64,000 nucleotides of DNA from Octopus sinensis (Eukaryota): NCBI RefSeq assembly GCF_006345805.1, contig NC_043006.1:93062001-93126000 (forward strand), given 5' to 3'. The translations under genes and the position numbers were made by a program. A model generated the notes under the pieces. The model worked only from the letters and a program-made list of their open reading frames with translations, was not told the origin of the DNA and did no database searches. Below are positions 13,457 to 23,997 of this stretch, in pieces; position 1 is the stretch's first letter; each line of letters begins with the position of its first letter.

Positions 13457-14601
13457 AACAAAATTTTATATCTTGGACATAGAGTTATCTATAGTTTCGC
13501 ACTCACAAAGCTAAAGCCTTCTAGACATCTCGTCAGACTATATGAATACAAGATTTTCAAATCTCTGCATCGCAGAGGTGAAGAAACGCTCAGAACCCGC
13601 GGAATACGAAAACCGTTAATGAGTACGGGTTATTTCCCCTTCAACAGAGGTGTAAGCACATAAATGTGAAACAAGGTGGAAAAATAGTACTCAAACACCG
13701 GACGTAGAGTAATATGATATATTAATAAAGCTGCAAAGACATCACAAAAATCTACTACTGAATGTTTCACGTCCCCGTTTGTCTGACAGTTTAGGTTGAG
13801 AAGGGAACAAAATATGGTTATATGCATAAATATACAATTACGTTGATATATACACATTTGAAATGGTTTTGTTTCATTGGTCCTTTCGACTAACGGTCTT
13901 TTTCCAATAACCGGTTACGTGAAATCACAATTGCCATTCAAAATAATACTATAAAAATTGAAAATTTTAAATCATTAAATAATTCACCCTGGGTATAGAG
14001 TGTTTTACTTCTACTAAAGCAAACTAACTTTGACCGCATATTATATTTTAGTATATTCTAATTCATGATCACGGGTCCATTACTTTACATATTTTATCTC
14101 ACTACTTTAGTTGTTTTTTATGTTTATGTTGTATGGTTATTTACCCCACCCCAAAAATGAGCAATTACCTCCTTTATTTCGAGTAATAACTACCAATAAT
14201 TACCACACCTTAGATTATGCTTGTTGTTTCATTCACAAACTTTCATAAAAGAACATGGACTAAAATCTTAAGAAAATACGAAATTACAAGAATTTCAATG
14301 TCAAGATTAGCGAAAGCGAAACCGGTCGACAACCACAATACACTTTCATCAAATGTGAGGATAAAATTCTTTTCGAAATAAAATTATTGTCACGAAAAAA
14401 AATTTTATCAATGGCCAGCATATTAAAAATACCTTTAACGGTTAAATTTATAAACTATCCATAAATGAGGGCAAAGGAAAAGAATTCTAATGCCAAATAT
14501 GCCGAAAAATTGGACATATTGTCCATTAACCATATACTTTTTTCACAAAACGCACGCTACCCGAAAAAAGGTCGACAGAAATTTCTAAAAAATTCCATTA
14601 T

Positions 14602-14659
14602 TACCATATCGGACCGATTTCAGAGTTAGCTACTAAGAGCCCTCTCTTCGTCAGTGATA
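14602..14659 (-). ncRNA. type I hammerhead ribozyme motif
   Basis: Exact reverse complement of 14914-14971. Confidence 0.75.
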
Positions 14660-14913
14660 CATGTGGTAAAAGAAATAAATGAGATACTTACTCACACCCA
14701 TAAGTCATGGGCACATTTGATATAATTTTAGGCGTTCACTTCCGAACTAACTAACTCACTCTGTGAGAGCCTCAGTTCAAATCGCACGTGCCTCGAATGG
14801 GCTGGAGTATTTCTATTTTGGATGTATTTGGGGTACTTAGTTGTGCCCATGACTTAGTATTTGCTTCTTCCATGGGTGTGAGTAAGTATCTCATTTATTT
14901 CTTTTACCACATG

Positions 14914-14971
14914 TATCACTGACGAAGAGAGGGCTCTTAGTAGCTAACTCTGAAATCGGTCCGATATGGTA
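14914..14971 (+). ncRNA. type I hammerhead ribozyme motif
   Basis: Stem I TATCA/TGGTA, core CTGACGA, stem II AGAG/CTCT, GAAA, stem III TCGG-T-CCGA, AUA cleavage triplet. Confidence 0.75.
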
Positions 14972-15117
14972 ATAATGGAATTTTTTAGAAATTTCTGTCG
15001 ACCTTTTTTCGGGTAGCGTGCGTTTTGTGAAAAAAGTATATGGTTAATGGACAATATGTCCAATTTTTCGGCATATTTGGCATTAGAATTCTAATCCTTT
15101 GCCCCCATTTATGAATA

Positions 15118-15161
<44 letters not shown>

Positions 15162-15866
15162 AGTCCGTCGAGTGATGTGTAAGTTTGTGAATAAGTATAT
15201 AAATATGTAAATACGTTTCGATGCTTTGTAATCCCGTTCTAATCTACGTAAAACTCGTAGTACACAGACAGTTTGGATAAGTTTTTGAGTGTATTTCAGT
15301 GGTTATAATTCGCAGAAAGTTTCTGTTATGTTGAATGTATCGGAGTTGTTTTCGTGTATGTAAAGAGAGCGTAGCCACTTCAGTAATTAGAGACGGTTTT
15401 GTTCTAGTCTGCTATTTTCACTGTTATTTAACTCTATATATTTACTGATGATTAAGGTTAAATGAATGTCCCTTCTTTGCAAACAATTGTTCGGGTGGCA
15501 TCGTTTCAAATCAGCTACGTTGGTTATTGAAGAATTTAGTAGAAGAACATTTCTGACAATAGAATCAATAATATAACTGTGAAACAAGTATAATAAACAT
15601 GTCTAACGTTTTATCGAATATGAAATAATAATTTGAAATAATATACTGGCCGTTTCATTATTATTATGTGGTTTGTTATAACTTACATTAAACAATTTTA
15701 TGTCTGGCTCAAATCGAATATTTTGACAGGCCAACAATAAAACTGGGTTTATGTCTGGCGTACGTTTGTGAGGGTGCATTAGCCATCATTCAAAAACTAA
15801 AACTTATTCTATTTTAAAATGCAACCAAACATACAAAATATCACCGTTGTCTGATATTATTGTTAG

Positions 15867-15900
<34 letters not shown>

Positions 15901-16658
15901 TCCAAATATAAACTGTCTAGTCCAGCTTTGTTCTAGTAAAACACAAAGAAGAAGATTAGATATTGTGATAAATATAACAATAGTCTACGTCAAATCGGTG
16001 TAAACATTCATTCTCGTGAGTTGGAGGAAATTAATTTTAAAGTGACATGTACGTAGACATGATAAAACAGTAAATTATACTACTTGAGAATTTTTATTGG
16101 AGTTTTGGAATGATTTTCTTAAGAAAGAATTGGTTGGCGAATTGATGCTAGTGTCATTATTCTTTCGTGTCAAGACCATTTTCGCTGATCGACAGATCTC
16201 AATAACCGATTTCTGTGGATGTTTGTTATGCAGTAATGTAAAAGAAAATTCGTAAAAGTTATAATCACACCAGTCACAAACTTCGTCAAGAGCAAAAAGG
16301 AAAAATCGATAAACTTCGTTCGTGATAGGAAGAGTGCTTAACACCTGATGGAGATATGGTGAGTGCTGTAAATTTGTGATAACATCCAAGTGAGCTGGAC
16401 TGATTTCTCAGGTTTGATTCCTAAGAGAAGGCACATTGCAGCGTTGACGTTATTGATGTTTGTAGAAAATATAATAATGTCAAGTACTACAAAAATAAAC
16501 GACACGTGTGTAGCGACATTACAGTATGTTTGGATTCTTTGTGAACTTAGCGACTGGTTTCAGCTGAGCTAAAACCGTTCAACTACTACCCATAATATCA
16601 TTCAGAAAGGGGTGGGATTCATGAAAACCTAATAATATTTGTCTTCATAAATCTACAT

Positions 16659-16834
16659 TACAGATCTCTATTTGAGAGATGAGAAATTCTGTACATTATT
16701 TACATTTGACGGATATGTGTCCTCATCTTGTTGGTTGTTTCCACAACGTTTCGGCTGATTTACTCTCCAGTCAGCATCAGTTGTCTTGAGGAAATTTCGA
16801 ACCTGGGTTCTCACTCCTAAGGTATTTTCCCAGC

Positions 16835-16871
<37 letters not shown>

Positions 16872-17027
16872 TATTATTATTAACATCGGAAAAGCTATGT
16901 TAGGAATAAGAACCCATGTTCGAAATCCCCCCAGGACACCTGATGAAGGCTGGAGAGTGTATCAGCCGAAACGTTGTGTTAACAACAAACAAGATGATGA
17001 CAAATATCCGTCAAATGTAAACAATGT
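16659..17027. mobile_element. PLE-derived foldback element around a (TAT)n centre, 12-bp TSD
   Basis: Inverted arms at ~16692-16830 and ~16895-17027. ATAAATCTACAT occurs at 16647-16658 and 17028-17039. Confidence 0.85.
16936..16979 (+). ncRNA. minimal type I hammerhead ribozyme motif
   Basis: ACAC-CTGATGA-A-GGCTG...CAGCC-GAAA-CG-TT-GTGT; palindromic AACGTT stem III. Confidence 0.8.
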
Positions 17028-17754
17028 ATAAATCTACATATTTCTGAAATTGCTTGTATACTTTATTGGCAGCCAAAGTATCCATCGTCTGCGTCAAAAT
17101 ATTTTGTGTGTTTTATCTCCGATCCCATGCATGTATCGGTGCCATATTCCTCTTGCATCTCGGTATGTGTGCTCAAAGAAGCTCGACTGTGGTTACATAT
17201 GGGGAGGGTTGAGGTACACCAGATTACAAAATGCCCAAAATGCAGCATCTTTTATGGCGGTGCACTTAGGACGCCATAAAATATCGAACACCCACGAAAA
17301 GTAGAACATTTATTATTTTATCACGATAACGCATTCAGAATTCGTCTTAAGAATCTCATTATTTTCATTGTTATACCTAGACTTATCAGGAGCTAGGATT
17401 AATTTAGCTGGATTAGAACATCGTTTGCCACAACCATTATAGTGTGACACCACCCATACATTTGATAATTCACACTACTTTTAAACACTAATATTTCACG
17501 CCATCTGTGACGTCATTCATTGTGTAGAACCTTCATAAAATGTAATTATAAAGTTAATGATTTGCACTGAGAGGATATTAAGTAATTAACTTTTAATATT
17601 CCTGGCCTAGAAATATGCTACCTATCCAAAAAATTGTTCCTGACTTACCGAAATCACTGTTTCCACTCTTATTACTTTATACCCACTCACTTAACACGCA
17701 CTCAATACAGAGACATGCATACAGACATGCATGAATATATGCATTCACAGACAC

Positions 17755-17845
17755 ACGCACACACATACATACATACATACATACATACATACATACATAC
17801 ATACATACATACATACATACATACATACATACATACATACATACA
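17755..17845. repeat. (TACA)n microsatellite
   Basis: Seen directly. Confidence 0.95.
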
Positions 17846-18129
17846 AGAATGCGGGACATTAGAATAATGTCTCCATGCATGATTGAAAGAGCTGCTAAAT
17901 TCCATGAAGTTAAACGGTTGTTTTCTAAAACCTATAGCAGATAGTATAATATACCCCAAGATAGATTACCTCTGTGGAAAATAGAGGATCAGCATAGCTG
18001 CGACTTCATCACGCGGGTGTTTAATCTATGTTGATCAAAAATAAACAACGAAAAACCAACGCCAAAGATCCTTGTCTTTACTGATATACTTCTGGTTTCA
18101 TTGCTCTTAAGATGTCTGAGATGACTAAA

Positions 18130-18335
18130 GTTCATCCCAGAAGGAGATGATGTTTTGCGCCAGGGTTAACTACCCGAAAATTGCAGGAATCCAATTGCAG
18201 CTATGTGGAATGGACTAATGCGCAATGAAATGTTTTGCACAAGAACACAGTAGACGACCGTGTTCAGGAATCGAAACCACGATTTTAAGTTCGTAAGTTC
18301 AACAGCCTAACCACTTATCCGTTAAGGAAGCCTTA
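18130..18335 (-). mobile_element. degenerate tRNA-derived SINE
   Basis: Reverse complement of a tRNA-like head (GGAATCGAAACCACGAT...CCTAACCACT); similar to 170-317. Confidence 0.55.
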
Positions 18336-19704
18336 TATTTCTTACTTGTCACCCATTTTCTATGTCTGTCATTTATCATTTTATTTATGACTTCTTTTAA
18401 GAGTTAATAGCATCATTTTCTTTCGAATATAGTTTTATCCATACATAAATGTCCAAAACTGTTTATTTCAAAGCTTATCTCATCAAATTGAGAAAAGATA
18501 ATATACCATGGTTGTCTCCACACAAATATAATGTGATTGAGCGATTTAACAGGATATATCACTTATTGCAACCAGTGGCATCTCTTAAACGGTGGTCAGA
18601 AGTATTATACGACTGTTGCAAAGGGAAAAAATATTCCCGAATTTTGTAGCAGACGGAATCAGGGCGAGATATATTTAGCCAGTCTCAGACAGGTCAGACA
18701 GGTGATAGCGAACCATGCTGGCAGACTAAGGCGGAGTGGCTTCCTTCTATATTACAAATGAAGATGTCATTTTTTTAGATATATAATCTGTTACAAATAC
18801 AATGAGGTGACCTGCTACAGGAAATGGCAAGCAACCTTACACGACTACTCTGAACAAGCAGTTAAGATATTTTCCGAAACAGCACCGATATATGTTGTAT
18901 GGGTGTATAAAATAAACTTACGATATCCTGCGTCGAGGATTGCTTCCCAATAGATATATAACTTCTACGTCTTGTCCTGAATATGCATATGCATGTATAT
19001 CGATATACATATGTATGTATACGAAGTCGCACAAAGCAATTTGTAATAAAAGATATTTACATAGTCATATTTCCCACATTCAAGTACACTAGAATGTAGG
19101 GAAAACTTTCACTTCAGAACATAGTCCGGCGAGAAAATCGACTCGTAAATGGCTTGTTTCGTAAATTTTGCGGTTTGGATGACTTAATTGGATCATAGAA
19201 CACATGCATTTCAGTTTTCATTTGCTTCTTCAGAGATGAACATCGAGTCTGCTTTCATAATCCAACGAGTACTATCCCTTCGTGTATTATTAGAACAGCA
19301 AACGGTACCTTTGCCGATATTTGTATAGTTTGCTCAAGTTAGAAGAAGCAAAAATAAAGTCGCACGAAGCAGCACATGAAGCGGCATTGATGAAAATGTA
19401 TTCGTCTAAAATTACAATTAATTGGAGTAGATTCCAACGTGAGAAGGAGTCGTGAGAGAAAATTCTCCTTCGAAACGATTTTGTGTAGTAATACATGAGT
19501 GAATTGTTCTTGCTTTGTTTATTGGACCTTTGTAGGTTATGACGCAAGGAAAAGACAAACAAAACAAGAGATGCATGTTGTTAATGAGTAATGCGGAGTT
19601 GTTTTATATAAGTTAACTGTTGGAACCTTGGCCGAAGATAGAGACGAGCACTTTCTCTGCAGACAGACCGAGTAGATAACAGTGCACATCCGTACGCATT
19701 CCTA

Positions 19705-19707
19705 TAT

Positions 19708-19776
<69 letters not shown>

Positions 19777-19894
19777 CTGTGTGCGTGTGTGTGTGAATGT
19801 ATATATATGTGTGTATATATATATATGTATATTTATATATGTGTGTGTAAGTATTTATATATATATATTTATATATGTGTGTGTGTGTATTTGT

Positions 19895-19956
<62 letters not shown>

Positions 19957-20095
19957 CTGTGTGCGTGTGTGTGTGAATGTATATATATGTGTGTATATAT
20001 ATATATGTATATTTATATATGTGTGTGTAAGTATTTATATATATATATATTTATATATGTGTGTGTGTGTATTTGTGCGCATATATATATATATA
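19705..20095. repeat. compound microsatellite, ~180-bp unit duplicated in tandem
   Basis: Unique interruptions (GTCTGTGTGCGT...GAATGT, GTAAGTATTT, TTTGTGCGC) recur at an offset of ~180. Confidence 0.9.
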
Positions 20096-21772
20096 TATAA
20101 AATATTATTAGAGACAAAACCACTATTTTGCAAAACAAACAAGGAAAGACTTAATCAATACATAAAATTTTAATAAATAGTCAAAAAAACCGCCACTACA
20201 ATTGTTTCTTGTCTTGGTCGACAATCTTCAGGTGGACTTCCAATCTAAAATATCAATATTTTAAAATATAAAAATAATAATTTTAAAATAATTAAAGTAT
20301 GAATGAAAAAATATAAATATATAATCCATATATAACCTATATATAATCCATATATAATCAATATATAAACAATATATAAACTAAAATAAACCTATCAACA
20401 ATTAAATATAAAATATAAAATATAAAATATAAAATATAAAACAAAACAAAAAAATAATAATAATATAATAATAAACTATATATACACCCATACACATATA
20501 CCTAATTATATATAACCATATCTAACTACATACACTAAATCACACCCCTATATATATATATCCCTATACATACACATAAAAACGTCTAGGCAACTATAAA
20601 TAAATAAAATAGCTAAATACTTCAACACAATACTTATTCATACTCACACACACACACATACAACCCACATTCACGCTCTAGAAAACGGACATCACTTAAA
20701 ATTATGAACGGAGAAATAGAATAAATGGAATTAAAAATTATATTCACTTGGTAAAACGAACACTACTTAAAAATTATGAATGAAACAATGCAATAAAACA
20801 ACAGACATCGCAAATAGACACAAATTACTACGAATTCCTTAAAAAAAAAAAACCTACCATGATAAACCAAAACTCATAAAAACATATAATGATAAAATCT
20901 CCCTTTACTAAACGCTATAACATACCTATATAGCAATCCCCCTAACCTAAACCTTCACACACAAATACACACACGTAAACCACACACCCACGACATATAC
21001 AAATACCCACACCACGTACACATACCTATACATACATATAAACCTCAACATATACTCCAAAAACCCACTCAACCCCACACAGACAAATAAACACAAAAAT
21101 TTTGAATGGATTCTTTTATAAAACTACCATGATAAGCTAAAACTCACAAAACATAAATGATAAAACCTCCCTTTACTAAACACTATAACATACTTATATA
21201 GCAATCCCTTTAACCTATACATTCACACACAAATACACACACGTAAACCACACACCCATAACAAATACAAACCCCACCCCACTCACACACACCCACAAGT
21301 ACATATAAGCCTCAACATATACACCAAACAAAATTACTTTACCAAGGAACTTAACATATGTATAAAAAGTATAACCGCTCTGGAAACGAACATCTTTTAA
21401 AATAATGAATGGAGAAATGGAATAAATGGATTAAAAATAATATTCACGTGGCAAAACGAACACCACTCAAAAATATGAATGAAACAATGTAATAAAACAA
21501 CCAACAACGAAAATAGACAAATTACCACGAATTCCCTAAAAAAACCATGATAAACCAAAACTCTTAAAAACATATAACGATAAAATCTCCCTTTGCTAAA
21601 CTCTATAACAAACCTATATAGCAATCCCCCTAACCTAAACATTCACACACAAAAAACACACACGTAAACCACAGACCCACGACTTATACACATACCTATA
21701 CTAACTTATAAATTTCAATATACACCAAAAACCCACTCCCTCCCCACACAGACAAATTAACACATACATCCC
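20095..21772 (-). repeat. inverted partial pseudo-LTR of the PLE
   Basis: Reverse complement of ~22198-23863. Confidence 0.9.
20193..20235 (-). ncRNA. minimal type I hammerhead ribozyme motif (inverted pLTR copy)
   Basis: Minus strand: CCAC-CTGAAGA-TTGTC-GACCAA-GACAA-GAAA-CAATTG-TA-GTGG. Confidence 0.85.
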
Positions 21773-23940
21773 GTTTACTTTCCATGGCGCGTATTCTTTT
21801 TTTTACATAAGTTATATTTCTATGGTAACGTAATTTTGGTTTGGTTTTTTTAACGGCTAAGAATTTAATTTCACTTCATAATTTGAAACTGACTTGTAAG
21901 TATGTATTTTATTTCTCCTTATGTCATATTGTTATTTTTGATATTCTGGTTAATTACGATGTATTTAATGTTGTTTTTTATTGGAGTGTTTATGTATATG
22001 AGATTGTGTGTGAGTTTTTAGTTGTATAATTTATTTATCTGTATGAGTGTGGGTGTGTAAATATTGTTGTATATATCGAGTTTAGTGAGTATGTATATGC
22101 GTATATGTGAGGGAGTATAAGTATCTGTTGTGTGTGTGTGTTTTGCGTGTGTGTGTGTTGTGTGTGAATGTGTATATGGGTTTGTTATTTAGGTTTTGGG
22201 ATGTATGTGTTAATTTTTCTGTGTGGGGAGGGAGTGGGTTTTTTGTGTATATTGAGGTTTATAAGTTAGTATAGGTATGTGTATAAGTCGTGGGTCTGTG
22301 GTTTACGTGTGTGTTTTTTGTGTGTGAATGTTTAGGTTAGGGGGATTGCTATATAGGTTTGTTATAGAGTTTAGCAAAGGGAGATTTTATCGTTATATGT
22401 TTTTAAGAGTTTTGGTTTATCATGGTTTTTTTTAGGGAATTCGTGGTAATTTGTCTATTTTCGTTGTTGGTTGTTTTATTACATTGTTTCATTCATAATT
22501 TTTGAGTGTGTGTTCGTTTTGCCACGTGAATATTATTTTTAATTCCATTTATTCCATTTCTCCATTCATTATTTTAAAAGATGTTCGTTTCCAGAGCGAT
22601 TATACTTTTTATACATATGTTAAGTTCCTTGGTAAAGTAATTTTGTTTGGTGTATATGTTGAGGCTTATATGTACTTGTGGGTGTGTGTGAGTGGGGTGG
22701 GTGTTTGTATTTGTTATGGGTGTGTGGTTTACGTGTGTGTATTTGTGTGTGAATGTATAGGTTAAAGGGATTGCTATATAAGTATGTTATAGTGTTTAGT
22801 AAAGGAGGTTTTATCATTTATGTTTTGTGAGTTTTAGCTTATCATGGTAGTTTTATAAAAGAATCCATTCATAATTTTTGTGTTTATTTGTCTGTGTGGG
22901 GTTGAGTGGGTTTTTGGAGTATATGTTGAGTTTATATGTATGTATAGGTATGTGTAAGTGGTGTGGGTATTTGTATATGTCGTGGGTGTGTGGTTTACGT
23001 GTGTGTATTTGTGTGTGAAGGTTTAGGTTAGGGGGATTGCTATATAGGTATGTGATAGAGTTTAGTAAAGGGAGATTTTTATCATTATATGTTTTTATGA
23101 GTTTTGGTTTATCATGGTAGGTTTGTTAAGGAATTCGTAGTAATTTGTGTCTATTTGCGATGTCTGTTGTTTTATTGCATTGTTTCATTCATAATTTTTA
23201 AGTAGTGTTCGTTTTACCAAGTGAATATAATTTTTAATTCCATTTATTCTATTTCTCCGTTCATAATTTTAAGTGATGTCCGTTTTCTAGAGCGTGAATG
23301 TGGTTGTATGTGTGTGTGTGTGGGAGTATGAATAAGTATTGTGTTGAAGTATTTAGCTATTTTATTTATTTATAGTTGCCTAGACGTTTTTATGTGTATG
23401 TATAGGGATATATATATAGGGGTGTGATTTAGTGTATGTAGTTAGATATGGTTATATATAATGGTATATGTGTATGGGTGTATATATAGTTTATTATTAT
23501 ATTATTATTATTTTTTTTTTTGTTTTATATTTTATATTTTATATTTTATATTTTATATTTTACTGTTGATAGGTTTATTTTAGTTTATATATTGTTTATA
23601 TATTGATATATGGATTATATATAGGTTATATATGGATTATATTTTATATTTTTCATTCATACTTTAATTATTTTAAAATTATTATTTTTATATTTTAAAA
23701 TATTGATATTTTAGATTGGAAGTCCACCTGAAGATTGTCGATCAAGACAAGAAACAATTGTAGGGGTTTTTTTTTTGACTATTTATTAAAATTTTATGTA
23801 TTGATTAAGTCTTTCCTTGTTTGTTTTGCAAAATAGTGGTTTTGTCTCTAATAATATTTTATAATATTTTACTATAAAATTGGATTTAATCCTAAATCTG
23901 ATTTTTTCCCTGTAAATTTGGATTTATTCCCTAATATTAT
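21772..23940 (+). repeat. 5' direct pseudo-LTR of the PLE
   Basis: Near-identical to 28052-30220 (offset ~6280). Confidence 0.9.
23724..23766 (+). ncRNA. minimal type I hammerhead ribozyme motif (stem I 3' strand GGGG instead of GTGG)
   Basis: CCAC-CTGAAGA-TTGTC-GATCAA-GACAA-GAAA-CAATTG-TA-GGGG. Confidence 0.8.
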
Positions 23941-23997
23941 TATTTATATAATATTGATAATTTTGTATATGAGTGTAATACCTCAATTTCGTAAATT

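Larger units (their letters stand above)
14454..15119. mobile_element. foldback element, ~260-bp near-perfect inverted arms, HHR in each arm (probably PLE-derived)
   Basis: 14454-14715 is the reverse complement of 14842-15119 (16-nt insertion in the right arm); 126-bp spacer. Confidence 0.85.

Noticed and set aside
15440-15500. Other CTGATGA/CTGAAGA heptamers (also ~35138, 38481, 39036, 42180, 42689)
   Set aside because: No correctly placed GAAA, stem III and stem I; expected by chance in AT-rich DNA.
19435-19485. GAAGGAG/CTCCTTC stem followed by GAAACG, HHR-like
   Set aside because: The CUGANGA core and stem I are not recognisable; too degenerate to call.
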